The translations under genes were made by a program, and so were the position numbers. Under the pieces are notes generated by a model. The model was given only the letters and a program-made list of their open reading frames with translations. It did not search any database and was not told where the DNA came from. This document shows, piece after piece, positions 1 through 12,774 of a stretch of DNA of 64,000 nt (the first letter of the stretch is position 1; each line of letters starts with the position of its first letter). This stretch comes from Octopus sinensis. Taxonomy: Eukaryota. The DNA lies in contig NC_043009.1 in NCBI RefSeq assembly GCF_006345805.1, positions 51,212,001 through 51,276,000 on the forward strand, written 5' to 3'.

Positions 1-70
1 CTAAACGCTGAAATATGGCTCTGAAAATTGACATCTTAGTCCATAAACATTGTTGCTGTTGTTGTTGTTG

Positions 71-111
<41 letters not shown>

Positions 112-204
112 TGTGTGTGTGTGTGTGTACATGAAAATATCTTTAATATTAATATCCAGCAAGAATAAAGCACCATATAGGTAGAATTATAAATATATAA
201 ATCT

Positions 205-656
205 GGTGTACATATAGTACGAGCATTGCTAGAAATAGCAGCCGGTAAGTTTACGGTGCTATGTAAAGCTTCATAGGCGGAGATGTGTGAGGCAGGTAAA
301 TATAGGAAAATTCTGTCTTATCTCTACCGTTAGAGGAATAAAGGATAACTCAATACTGCAGTTTCAAACTGCAGTTCCAAACTCGCGTGGGCGCCAATCT
401 GACTGGTTATCGTCTGTTGAGTCTACCATAGACGATAACTAATCAAATATGTGCTGATGCACGTGATCTGAAGAGTTTGAAACCTCAGTATTGAGTTATC
501 CTTTATTTTTCTTATGGTCTCCGCAGAGGTAAGACAGAATTCTCCTATATTCACCACCCGCACACATCTCTGCCTGTAAATATTCAGTGAACATTTACAT
601 AGCACCGTACCCTTACCGGCTGCTATTTCTAGCAATGATCATACTTCGTGTACACC
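205..656. mobile_element. ~450-bp imperfect foldback: two diverged copies of a PLE-type terminal repeat in head-to-head orientation
   Basis: Arms are complementary over their full length, e.g. cattgctagaaatagcagccggtaag..tacggtgctatgtaaa vs tttacatagcaccgta..cttaccggctgctatttctagcaatg, and aataaaggataactcaatactg vs cagtattgagttatcctttatt. Each arm carries a hammerhead-like motif. Confidence 0.6.
347..423 (-). ncRNA. Type I hammerhead-like motif, core CAGACGA (U4A), palindromic stem III
   Basis: Minus strand: gactcaa-CAGACGA-(~44 nt)-GAAAC TGCA GTA-ttgagtt. Stem I is 7 bp; ACTGCAGT is a palindrome; cleavage triplet GUA. Confidence 0.55.
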
Positions 657-663
657 TACTTTA

Positions 664-667
<4 letters not shown>

Positions 668-733
<66 letters not shown>

Positions 734-740
734 GTATATA

Positions 741-788
<48 letters not shown>

Positions 789-870
789 TATTATATATAT
801 ATATATATGTATATATATGTATGTATATATGTATGTATATATATGTATATATATATGTATGTATATATAC
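668..870. repeat. (TATC)n/(TA)n microsatellite
   Basis: Direct reading. Confidence 0.95.
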
Positions 871-935
871 TTAAAAGTTTTCAGAATGAGATAAGAATCC
901 AAGGGTGTGAAAGATTTTAGAACATTTATAAATAG

Positions 936-983
936 GTCTTACAGTTGTTTCCGGGATATTTTATATATCCCTTCATCGGAGAC
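936..983 (-). ncRNA. Type I hammerhead motif, core CCGAUGA (U4C), in a PLE-type terminal repeat (~872-1240)
   Basis: Minus strand: gtct-CCGATGA-a-GGGATAT ataaa ATATCCC-g-GAAAC AACT GTA-agac. Stem I is 4 bp, stem II is 7 bp. Confidence 0.7.
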
Positions 984-1280
984 GGTGTGAGAGGATGATT
1001 AAGCAATAGTTATTTTAGATGAGATATGAAACAGAGATTGAAGTGGAAGAATGAAAATAGACGTGAAATATGCAGGGATACTGCATCTGTAGATCCATTA
1101 TTTAGGCAGAATGGTATACGTATAAGATTCCAACACCTTGTGAGTAAGTTCCAATTGTATTTAAAATTGGTCATTCCAAGTATAGAGTTTGTGCACAGTG
1201 TTATTGAATCGAGGGTTTTATTTAAAGGGTCTTATTGACACCATTACCTCTCATAACCCCGCTCTCTCTCTCTCTCTCTC

Positions 1281-1332
<52 letters not shown>

Positions 1333-1369
1333 TATATTTGAGTGTGTGTGTGTGTGTGTTTGTGAGAGA

Positions 1370-1512
1370 CCACTTCACATAGTTTCCGTCTGTCAAATTC
1401 ACTCTCAAGGCTATTGTGGAAGATACTTCTCATAGGGCTGTGCAGTGGGAATGAACCTGTAACCATGTGGTTTCGAAGCGGGTTTCTTAATCACCCAGCC
1501 ATGTCTGCGCCT
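1370..1512 (-). mobile_element. SINE type B (tRNA head plus CORE-like region), 5' fragment
   Basis: Similar to the full-length copy at 27052-27460. Confidence 0.7.
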
Positions 1513-1921
1513 AGCAGACATATTTAATATAGAAAACAGAACAATGTGAATTAATGAAAATTCCAGACGTAAGTGAATAGAGAGACAAACAACAGCTCAG
1601 TGACTAATGATTATGAAATCGGGTCAAGGCTAAATCTAAAATATATTTAATTAAAAGTGGGATTAGGCAGTGAATTAACAGATTCGTTAAGGTGAATCAG
1701 CGGCGTCTGTTAGATCTGCTCTCATTTAGGCGCAAGGTTAGCAATCTTTTTGAAACAAGTTGTTGAGGAAAGAAAGGCAAATATGGCTTCCTGAGATTTG
1801 AATGATAGAATGTAAAGAACTGAGAAATTTTGTCTGACGCTCTAACGATCTGCCGAGTCCCTGCATTTTGCCGCAGCCTGGTAATATTTTTTCCGATTTC
1901 CTAAATTCATGTGTTCCATAA

Positions 1922-2105
1922 TCTATCTATATATATATAAAACTGAGAATGTGCGTCTTCCTGCCTATATGTGTGCATCACTAAAGCTCCAGAACTACTC
2001 AACAGATTTCACTCAAATTTTACACATGCAGTGTCATGGGCTAATAAAATTTTCAACTTCTTGCCTTATGCGAGCCCGGAGCAATCTCTTATCTCTTACA
2101 CTATT
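1922..2105 (+). mobile_element. Non-autonomous Helitron-like 5' fragment
   Basis: Starts a|TCtatctatatatatataaaactgag; layout resembles the 5' part of the Helitron at 19592; no 3' CTAG end seen. Confidence 0.4.
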
Positions 2106-2178
2106 TCTGTATTACGTGTCCAAAGTGAAACAATAACATATTGATTGTAATACAAACATACATACATACATACATATA

Positions 2179-2212
<34 letters not shown>

Positions 2213-2223
2213 CATACATACAT

Positions 2224-2311
<88 letters not shown>

Positions 2312-2621
2312 GTATTTATGTGCATATATACATATATATATATGTGTGTGTGTGTATATATATGTACATATATATGTATGTATATATGTATAGATATTGA
2401 ATTAAGAGACAGAACCTCCATAAAGTAATTCCATAAATAATGAAAGATATTATCTATGATAAAATCTAAATTTAAATATATTATTATAAATATTGTACTA
2501 AAAATTGCTATACTAAGTAATACACATTAAAAAAATACTCATTAAAACGACACTATTATTAATATTGTACTAACATTTTCTATACTAAATAATACACATT
2601 AAAAACAAATACACATTAAAA

Positions 2622-2728
2622 TGACGACGCGCGTTTCGTGACGATGTATTCAAATCGACAATATGAAAATCGATAATCTAAAAAATTAATATTTTTTCGA
2701 TCCAACGATACATAGCCACTCTTAGTAC
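2622..2728 (-). ncRNA. Degenerate hammerhead-like motif with long stem II insertion
   Basis: Minus strand: CT-AAGA GTGGCTATGTAT (~60 nt) ATACATCGTCAC GAAAC GCGC GTC gtca. Stem II pairs 11/12; ACGCGCGT is a palindrome; the core lacks G5. Confidence 0.45.
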
Positions 2729-2744
2729 TCTCTACATCGTTATT

Positions 2745-2909
2745 ATTATATGTTTTAATATTATTGTAGTAGGCTTTCCATTTAATCCTATTAATAATAT
2801 TTTTTACATTATTAATTAGTTTCAACATATATTCTTTTTTAGGTGGTACAGGGATATCTTTCAAAGATGAATTCCAAAATAGCGGTTCTATCTTCCCTGC
2901 GGTCTCCAT
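2745..2909 (-). pseudogene. Penelope-like element ORF, N-terminal fragment
   Basis: SLKDIPVPPKKEYMLKLINNVKNIINRIKWKAYY matches the recalled SLKNIPxP..Y.K.LI......I.RMRWKA start of AT-rich PLE ORFs. Confidence 0.65.
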
Positions 2910-3116
2910 AACTAACGCAATTGATAGTTAAATACAATCAACAAACTTTAGTTATTAATATAGTAATTTTATTAGTGTTATAATTATTAATAGTAGGGAA
3001 TATAAAATTCCAAGGCAAGAGGGGATATAAGGATAAAGATATCCTCAGACCGAAGACCTCACCCAAATTCTTGCAACAGGCTGGATTCTAAACTCACTGA
3101 ATATACCTGGTGTTGA

Positions 3117-3500
3117 TATTCTTTTCTACTCTACGCCGAAATTTCTGGGGGAGGGGGGCCATTCTATTAGATCGACCCCAGTACGCAACTGGTACTTAAT
3201 TTATCGACCCCGAAAGGACGAAAGGCAAAGTCGATGAAAGGCGGAATTTGAACTCAGAACGTAAAGACAGACGAAATACCTATTTCTTTACTACCCACAA
3301 GGGGCTAAACACAGAGAGAAGACAAACGGATTAAGTCGATTATATCGACCCTAGTACTCAACTGGTACTTAATTTACCGACCCCGAAAAGATGAAAGGCA
3401 AAGTCGACCTCGGCGGAATTTGACCTCAGAACGTAGCGGCAGACGAAATACCGCTAAGCATTTCGCCCGGCGTGCTAACGAGTCTACCGGCACGCCGCCT
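3117..3500 (-). mobile_element. SINE type A, nested pair (young-tail copy joined to an older-tail body)
   Basis: tRNA-like head with B box gagttcaaattc and core gtcgactttgcctttcatcctttcggggtcgataaattaagtaccag. Junction at 3280/3281. Confidence 0.85.
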
Positions 3501-3937
3501 CACATGGTGGTGATATTAAAGGGGCGACATTTAAGGTCTATCGCACAAGAAAGACATAACAGGATTTGAACTCACAACGCAATGAGGTGGAACAAATCTC
3601 ACAAGTGCCTAATCCGACATGTTTTCGTCGAAGTTTGTACCCTTGACTGGTACTTTATTTATCGATTCCAGAAGGGTGAAGTACAAATTAGCCTTGGCAG
3701 GATTTGAACTCAGAGCACAATGAATCGGAATAAATATTACAAAGTATCTTCTCCGACTTTCTAACGTTTCTGTTAATCCACCGCCCTAGATTTTATTTAT
3801 CTCCCTGAGAGGGACGATATGCAAAGTTGACCTGAGAAGGACTTGAACTCAGAAAGCAATGAAAGGGGCAAATACTACAAGTAATCCAGTCCGACTCTAA
3901 TTCCCGCTTCGAGGATGCTAGATTATTTGTCTGCTTT

Positions 3938-4560
3938 AAGGCAGCGACCTGGTGGAATCGTTAGCAAGCCGGGCGAAATGCTTAGCGGTATTTCGTCTGC
4001 TGTTACGTTCTGAGTTCAAATTCCGCCGAGGTTGACTTTACTTTTCATCCTTTCGGGATCGATAAATTATGTACCAGTTACGCACTGGAGTCGATATAAT
4101 CGATTTAATCCGTTTGTATGGCCTTGTTTGTCCTCTCTGTGTTTAGCCCCTTGTGGGTAGTAAAGAAATAGGTATTTCGTCTGTCACTACGTTTTGAGTT
4201 CAAATTCCGCCGAGGTCGACTTTGCCTTTCATCCTTTCGGGAACGATTAAATAAGTACCAGTTACGCACTGGGGTCGATATAATCGACTTAATCCCTTTG
4301 CCTGTCCCCTCTATGTTTAGCCCCTTGCGGGCAATAAAGAAATAAGAATCGTTAGCACGCTGGACAAAATGCTGAATAGCATTTCGTCTGTCTTTACATT
4401 CTCAGATCAAATTCCAACCAGGTCGAATTTACCTTTCATCCTTTCGTGGGCGATAAAATTTATAAAGTGAGTACCTGTCATGTACTGTGTTCGATGCAAT
4501 CGACTTTTCTCTCTCCTCAAAAAAATCCTGCAGACCCTGGGCCATGACTTGAAAACATTA
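3938..4560 (+). mobile_element. SINE type A, three nested or tandem bodies
   Basis: Head at ~3940; junctions aaagaaata|ggtatttcgtc (4170/4171) and aaagaaata|agaatcgttagc (~4344). Confidence 0.85.
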
Positions 4561-5404
4561 TTTCTCGGCTTCGGAATGATGAAAGGAAAAGTTGCTCTTG
4601 GTGGAACTGGAGTACAGAACATTAAATTCCAAAGTATTATTGCATTATGTATCGTCTGATGCTCTTAGAACTCTGCCTATAAATTTAGATTGCTTTGACC
4701 AGATTTAATTAATATTAGTTAATCAGCTTTACTCCGTTAACTAGCACTCACTCAACTACTGTGTTCTGTGTAGAGGACATTGCTGTTGATTTCCGTGAGT
4801 CATATTGGTTAATCGCTGATCACAGATGACTTGATACCGTTATTGCGACAAACGACATATTTTTATACCTGATGACCTCACCGTTGACCAACATTAAAGA
4901 GCGAGATTTTTATGTGGTCACTCGACCTGCTAGAAATAGCAGTCGAATAGCTACAAATTTCACTTTTACCGATACAATGCATTGCGAGGTCCTAAGTCAT
5001 TAAAGAGGAGAGATGGTCACGGTTGGAACCACCTTGACTATAAGTCTGATTAATCGGAGCAGACATTAGGCTAAACAACTATAGCATATTGTTCTTCTTT
5101 TAATTGTTTCAGTCATTGGACTGCGCCCATACTGGAGCAGCGGCCTTGAAGTGTTTAGTCGAACAAATCAACTAAACTCGTAGTTTTATTTGTTTTAAAG
5201 CCTAGAACTTATTCTGTATATTGTAGTATTTATTATATACATATATCGTAATCATTATTTAATGTCCATTGTCCATGGTGGCATGGATTGGACGGTTTGA
5301 CCAGAACTGAAAAACTAGGGAGCTGTGCCAGTCTCCAGTCTGATTTGGCAGGATTTCTATGGTTGGATGCCCTTCTTAATGCAAACCACATACAGTATGC
5401 TAGG

Positions 5405-5537
5405 TACTTTTACGAGACACCGCGCGGACGCTATTACGTGGCACCGCCGCACGGGCGTTTTCACGTGGCGCTGCACGGGTGTTTTTACGTGACGCTGCAC
5501 TGGCGCTTTTATTTAATGCCACACGGGAGCTTTTACA
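5405..5537. repeat. GC-rich ~24-bp degenerate minisatellite (gcacgggcgcttttacgtggcacc-like, about 5 units)
   Basis: Direct reading; follows a retroposon-like fragment at ~5255-5400. Confidence 0.65.
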
Positions 5538-6213
5538 TACATACATACGTATATACATATATACACGACAGGCTTCTTTCCGTTACCATGTACCAGACCC
5601 ACTGACGAAACTTTGGTCGCCCCGGTACTGTTGTCGAAAGTATTCGTCTAGGTTGCCGCACAGTGAAACCGAACGCCACACCATATGGTTGGAAAAGAAG
5701 CTTCTTACCACACAACCACATCTATAATAGGAACAAGTAAATAAATAGAAAAAAAAAAATGAAAAGAAATCATTAATTTATTTATTGAGAAAACTGAAAG
5801 AAAAAGTTTTAAGTATGTGGAAACGGAGAGCAATTATTTTCAGAACTCTTGGATAAATTCTTTAAAACAATGCAACATTCCATTCTTACTACAAACATTT
5901 ATAATTAAATGAAACAAACAAGAGCCAATAGAAAAGTCCTGGGTTTGTTTATTGAAAGTTGACCTTGGTCTAAACAACTGCAAAATGAATAACATTTCCC
6001 TGAGCCAACGTAAGAGGGTATCTATGTAGACAAGCCATTGCTAGAAATAGAAGCTAAATCTTTTGATATATTTTATATTATTTTTAATAGAGATAACAAA
6101 GCAGTTTAGGATAAACTTTTCTTTTCACAATGTTAGTTCTTTCAGTCATGAGCATGTGCCCTTTCTGGGGCACCACCGCCTTAACCACCTCAAGTAAGAC
6201 ACTAACGTCTTAG

Positions 6214-6475
6214 GGTGAAGGTGCGTGGTTTATTGGTTAGAGTGCTGGACTCATCATTGTAAGATTGTGGTTTCGATTCCTGGATTGGGTGACGCATTGT
6301 TTTCTTGAGCAAAAGACTTTATTTCACATTGCCCCAGTCCAAAAATGAATGACCATGTGATGGACCGGCGTTCTGTCCAGGTGGGGAATATATGAAACTG
6401 GGAAACCAGCCCTTAGAAGTCGGTATGATTCGTGAAACCAGCCCTTATGAGTTGGTATGATTCGTGAAGGTAACT
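6214..6475 (+). mobile_element. SINE with type C head and type D tail
   Basis: Head gtgaaggtgcgtgg...cttgagcaaaagactttatttcac; tail gatggaccggcgttctgtccagg...gaaactgggaaacc; ~32-bp terminal tandem duplication. Confidence 0.7.
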
Positions 6476-7069
6476 TTACCAGTTTAACGTCTTAGAAAAG
6501 GAAAAATAAAAAGAAGAATCAAATATACAAAACCCTAAAAAAATGGGCATGACTGGAGCGCTTTTCTTTAACAACCTGCTAGGGGACATTTTTGACCTAG
6601 GGTTAAACGCAAACAACAACAAAAACAAGAACAATAAAAACAACACTATAAACAACATGTTCTGATTTTTCTAATCATAAGTAATCACGTGGGCATCTTG
6701 CTTTAATTATCATTAATTATCCAGAGATCTAAAACGGAAGACGACATCGTTTGAACATATTAATTAATGCCACTGCTAAGTCATTTCACATATTTGCTAA
6801 ATGCTAGACTGCTTAATTTCTAACTCAGTTAATGACTCCTTGTGTGTTTGTGGCGTATGTATATGTATGTATTTATGTATGTATGTATGTACATATATGT
6901 CTATGTATATATGTATGTGTGTGTGTGTGTGTGTGTGTACGCTTACTGTTACTTATTTCCCAATTATAACTAATGACTGTTTCTTGTGCAAATTATGTAT
7001 GTATGTATGTATATACATATGTATATAAGAACGAATGTATGTGAATGTATTTATGTATATTAATGACTG

Positions 7070-7070
7070 C

Positions 7071-7161
<91 letters not shown>

Positions 7162-7172
7162 ACTATCTACCA

Positions 7173-7253
<81 letters not shown>

Positions 7254-7254
7254 G
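7070..7254. repeat. (TATC)n microsatellite
   Basis: Direct reading. Confidence 0.95.
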
Positions 7255-7803
7255 ATGTTTTTACTACATATTATTTACCTCTTCATTCCCCTCTAATTAC
7301 CGCAACGCTCTTGCGGTGAGAAGTTATAGAAATTAAATGTATAATTCGCTGAAAATGAATTAATTGAAACTGATTTTCTTATAATAATGCTGTCTTGGAG
7401 TTTTAGGATATAATCTGGTCGTAATTTATTTCCAAATGTGATAATATACACCTGGAAACAGAGGTTGAAGTAGTCTACAGTTTGCCAATCTACTTATGAT
7501 TTATACATATACTAGAGTAGCCTTCTCAGCAAGATCGCACAGTGTTGAATATATGCAACACGTTACAACTTTTCGATAATGTTTCAGCGTGATGATATAT
7601 TCTCATCATTGTATTGTACATAATAACTTCAAGGAAATGGTAATACTATAAAGAAGGAATATAGGATTCTCTTTGTAAAGAGACTGGCGTAGGTAAAGGT
7701 GTATGGCTGAGAAGATCACATCGCGATAACGTAGTTCCAAGTTTAGTGCCATTCCATAGCACGTTCAGCAAGTGTCTTGTTCTATAGTACCCGGTTGGAC
7801 AAT

Positions 7804-7866
<63 letters not shown>

Positions 7867-7887
7867 ATATATATAATATATATATAA

Positions 7888-8091
7888 CGGGAAGTTTTAT
7901 GGAAATAAACAAAAGACGAAGGCAGGTGGAATACAAACAAACAATTGTATTAGTATGGCGCTCAGGAATAGAAATAAAACAAGTATTTTACGTTTCGAGC
8001 CTACGCTCTTCAACAGAAAGATACACAGAAAAGAAACACGGAGAGAAACAAGGAGAGAAAAAAATGCGTGCAGAAGCTAGCGAATCAACAT

Positions 8092-8092
<1 letters not shown>
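7888..8092 (-). mobile_element. Solo PLE terminal repeat inserted in (TA)n
   Basis: Homologous to 24220-24410, which follows a GIY-YIG ORF; (TA)n on both sides. Confidence 0.75.
7983..8024 (-). ncRNA. Minimal hammerhead motif, core CUGUUGA (A6U)
   Basis: Minus strand: gtatcttt-CTGTTGA-a-GAGC gtag GCTC-GAAAC GTA-aaatac. Confidence 0.65.
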
Positions 8093-8153
<61 letters not shown>

Positions 8154-8171
8154 ATATATATATATATATAT

Positions 8172-8290
8172 TACCGTGATCACAGTGATCGACCAGGCTA
8201 TCAGATGTTGCTACACATCGCTGGTCACAATGCACTTCGCATTGTTTTAGCCTTCAAATTACGCCACCACGCTGGCTAAGCGAGCAGGCC

Positions 8291-8291
<1 letters not shown>
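8172..8291 (-). mobile_element. Short structured repeat in (TA)n, probably a retroposon 3' UTR
   Basis: Hairpins acaatgc..gcattgt, gaccag..ctggtc and gatgt..acatc; (TA)n on both sides. Confidence 0.4.
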
Positions 8292-8322
<31 letters not shown>

Positions 8323-8327
<5 letters not shown>

Positions 8328-8745
8328 GTCTGATCAATAAGTATCCGAACTATTGCAATAGTACTGAAGATAAGGAGTGCAGAGTGGAGCCGTTCGGTAA
8401 AGACTTAGCTTGAACTCAGCTGTGCATGAGGTCTAAGTTTTACCCTCCTAGTTCACTTCCGCTGTTTACAGCAGTGCTTGGATAGAAGGTGTGTAGCGTG
8501 TGATCGTAGCATTGACCAGGATAGAGAAAGTTGACATGGCGACACCTGCTTAGAGGTCTACGCAAAGTTGCAGAAAGTGTACGGAGGGGTATGTATGAGC
8601 CACACACAAGTGTATGAGTGGTTCAAACGTTTCCAAGATGGCCAAAAAATGTCGATATTGACGAACGTTCCGAAAGATCCGCAACTAGCAGAACTGAGAA
8701 AATCAACGCAGATGTGCGTGCAGCTGCGACAGGAAATCGTCGAAT
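8323..8745 (+). mobile_element. Mariner 5' end with decayed HTH region
   Basis: TIR-like gcagtctgatcaataagtatccg after TA; peptide KLQKVYGGVCMSHTQVYEWFKRFQDG. Confidence 0.8.
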
Positions 8746-9282
8746 CTATTAAGTTTCTGTCTACTAAATCCACTAACAAGGTTTTGGGCGGCCCGAATCA
8801 ATAGAAGAAAATACATGCCTGATGTGTCACGCAGTGGGACTGAATCCAGAACCATGTGGTTGAGAAAACGCTTGTAACCACACAGCCACGCAGAAGAGAT
8901 TCTGACCAAGAAAAAAATGCCTACCAAAAAGCCTTCAAATAATGTTCAATGTCAGAAATATAATACATTAAATTTCACAATACAACAAACAAGAAACACA
9001 GCGAAGAACTTGTGGGCCACAGACTCAACTGTCACTGACTTCCAACTCTGAAATAAAAAAACACTCCTAGGAGAGTATCGTATGTGAGAATTAAGTGCAT
9101 GCCAGGAGCATAGATGGAAATGACCCACGACAGTATAATTATATTTAAGTTAATTGAGATATAAAATGAGTCAACAGGTTGTCGGTGCATTAACTTGATG
9201 TAACAGAGAAGGATGTATCTCGAATATCTCATTTAGAAATTATGGTATATCTAATACTTTTAACTATCTATTTTTACGTACA

Positions 9283-9329
<47 letters not shown>

Positions 9330-9597
9330 ACATGCAATGTGTGTCAGTACGCGTGTGTATGTACTTGAGAGGTGTTTGTAGGGAGTCAGAGTGTGAAATA
9401 TAGACAGAGGTTAATTATCGGCTGAGTTTCACCTCTAAATAGCAACAAGGAATGTTGCCAACAGCTTTAAAAGATTATATTTGAATACTTTCCGCTTTTT
9501 AGAAATAATATTCGAAACCTGACAGGATGTATATTGCATAGTGTCTATAATTTTCTTTCAAAACATATTACGTACAAGAAAATATGAGTAACACACA

Positions 9598-9647
<50 letters not shown>

Positions 9648-10106
9648 GACACGAGCACACTCGTATGTATAAAAGCATGCCCTTTCTGGGGCCCCGCTGT
9701 GAAGTCTTTAGTCATAGAAATCGAACCTAGTACTTATTCTTAAGTCTGTTACTTATTCTATCGATTTTTTCTGTAAGTTGGGGGCGGGGGTGTAAACAAA
9801 CCAACGCTGGTCGTCAAGCGGTGTTGGCTAAAAAAATTGATCACGGAAACATGCATGCATACACCCAAATGCTAGTGTTGGAATACTCTCATGTACACAC
9901 GTAAACATATATATAATACACGATGCGTAGAGTATATGATTACCAAATACATTTTCAAGTCATTGGTCGAATCCGGGTTACAGTAGAAAGATACTAACAG
10001 AAGGTATCCAGCGGTGACCTGGATCGGAAATCCCATGGTTGAAGAGAAAGCTTCTTGATCATACATGCATGCATGCATGTATGTATACATGCATATATGT
10101 TTATAT

Positions 10107-10212
10107 GTCATTGTTCAGTTTTATTTCAAGATTTCTTGCAAATAGAGAAAGAGCCGGTTTCTAACCTAGATCCCAAACACCTTCATTGGAATTTCAACAT
10201 CAACAACAGGGT
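10107..10212 (-). mobile_element. ~105-bp element inside (TATG)n; second copy at 15790-15897 in the opposite orientation
   Basis: tgtcattgttcagttttatttcaagatttc...cattggaatttcaacatcaacaacagg is shared by both copies. Confidence 0.7.
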
Positions 10213-10489
10213 ATTTTTGTATGTATGTATGTATGTATGTATGTATGTATGTATGTATGTATGTATGTATGTATGCATGCATGCATGCATGCATGCATGT
10301 ATGTATGTATGTATGTATGTATGTATGTATGTATGTATGTATGTATATATGTATGAGGAACAGTGGTCAGTTACTTGAACCAGTAATGTAGTTTGGCTGA
10401 CAGGCACTATGGAACCTGTTGGAATGTCACTACCTGCATTACTACGTGGTGGTCTCATTCACTTTTCGATTTTGTTTAGAGGTTAGATG

Positions 10490-10760
10490 AAAGCAAAAAC
10501 TAAAAGAAACCCGTCGTATATATGTATACATATGTGTGTGTGTATATGTTTGTGTGTCTTTGTTCGCCCCCGCAACATCGCTTGACAACCGATGCTGGCG
10601 TGTTTACGTCGCCGTAACTTAGCGGTTCGGCAAAAGAGACCGATAGAATAAGTACTAGGCTTACAAAGAATAAGTCCTGGGGTCGATTTTCTTGACTATA
10701 GGCGGTGCTCCATCATGGCCACAGTCATATGACTGAAACAAGTAAAAGAATAAAAGAGTA
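10490..10760 (+). mobile_element. SINE type B, 3' part
   Basis: cgcttgacaaccgatgctgg...ggcggtgctcc..catggcc..cagtc..atgactgaaacaagtaaaag. Confidence 0.85.
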
Positions 10761-10772
10761 TATATGTGTATA

Positions 10773-10804
<32 letters not shown>

Positions 10805-11149
10805 CATATATATATACATATATATATATATGTATTTTTCATACAGTATCATGACTCAACGATCTCCACATGAGTGGTACGCGCAACATTTTAGTGTAGA
10901 AAAATATTTAATTCATTTACTAATTTTCGGGAGGGAAAATGTTTCCGATTTCCGTTTTATAGCAATTAATTGCTTGTTAGGAGTGGTGCGGTGAGTTATG
11001 GAATCGTGTGGTGTATAGCGGTTAGGAGTGGAACAGATTTTAGTATCTTTTGGGAGTAATTATGTTTTATGAAAGTGTGTATGTATGTTTGTGTGTGCGT
11101 TTGTGTGTGTGTGTGTGTGTATGTATGTGTGTGTGTGTACGTGTGTGTA

Positions 11150-11151
11150 CG

Positions 11152-11233
<82 letters not shown>

Positions 11234-11278
11234 AATCTATCTATCTGTTTGTTTGTCTGTCTGTCTATCTGTCTGTCT

Positions 11279-11311
<33 letters not shown>

Positions 11312-11332
11312 ATATCTATCTATCTATCCATA

Positions 11333-11393
<61 letters not shown>

Positions 11394-11462
11394 ATCTATT
11401 TATCTATCTATCTATCTATCAATCTATCTATCTGTTTGTTTGTCTGTCTGTCTATCTGTCTG

Positions 11463-11495
<33 letters not shown>

Positions 11496-11496
11496 A

Positions 11497-11542
<46 letters not shown>

Positions 11543-11628
11543 TCTACCTATTTATCTATCTATCTATCTATCAATCTATCTATCTGTTTGTCTGTCTGTC
11601 TGTCTATCTATCCATCTCTCTCTCTCTG

Positions 11629-11659
<31 letters not shown>

Positions 11660-11770
11660 ATCTATATACGTATATTCATATATTCATATATTTATGTATT
11701 TGTATGTGTGCCCGTTGTGTGTAACACATTTAAATGTATATATACAGACAATTCCCCCAATACACACGCA

Positions 11771-11841
<71 letters not shown>

Positions 11842-11860
11842 TATCTATCTATATCTATCT
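11150..11860. repeat. Compound (TATC)/(TGTC) microsatellite with a recurring higher-order block
   Basis: Block atcaatctatctatctgtttg recurs at ~11231, ~11418 and ~11570. Confidence 0.9.
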
Positions 11861-12004
11861 ATTTATTTATTTATATATATGTATACGTATACATTTACAC
11901 ATACGTATATACACACACATACATATGGACACGCATAAATATATGCATATATATATATATACTTATTCATGCATATACATTTATACTTAGAGATACATAC
12001 GTTC

Positions 12005-12055
<51 letters not shown>

Positions 12056-12355
12056 TGTGTGTGTGTATTATCTTTCGAACTTTTACCTTTCGCTTAGTCT
12101 GAACTCCCTGGCATTTCCACTCGGACGTTCCTCGGATTGGTCTCACTGGTAAAACAAATACCAGTCACAGCCGGTTTCAGTCGAGTAAATTAATATCGCT
12201 TTTTATACTTCCGATTTGTCTTGCTTATATGTGGAGTAGTAATTTCTTAAAAGGGACCGTTTGGGCTATGGGAAATAACAGTAAATGAATTAATGGGTGA
12301 CTACATGCGTACGTATTCATGCATACAGACAGGCATGCATACACGTAAACATATA

Positions 12356-12587
12356 TATTTCTTTATTACCTACAAGGGGCTAACCACAGAGACGACAAAC
12401 AAGGACAAACAAACTGGTTAAGTCGATTACATCCACCCAAGTGCGTAACTGGTACTTAATTTATCGACCCCGAAAGGATGAAAGGCAAAGATGACCTCGG
12501 CGGAATTTGAACTCAGAACGTAACGGCAGACGAAATACGGCAACGCATTTCGCCCGGCGTGCTAACGTTTCTGCCAGCTCGCCGCCT
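12356..12587 (-). mobile_element. SINE type A, full-length monomer
   Basis: Minus strand: ggcggcgagctggcagaaacgttagcacgccgggcgaaatg ... gccccttgtaggtaataaagaaata. Confidence 0.9.
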
Positions 12588-12774
12588 TTTATACGCGTAA
12601 ACATATAGACGTTATCGAGATCATAAGCAAGGGAAGTAACTCCGTAACCACATACGATTTAGGCGAAGTCAGAAATGTTCGCGAGTGTGTGGTAACAAGA
12701 TTCTGAAAGAATACCTTCGTGTATATATCATATATATATATACATACATACTTCTCCAACGAGATAAAACTCAC

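Noticed and set aside
4869-4900. CTGATGA motif
   Set aside because: No downstream stem II or GAAA.
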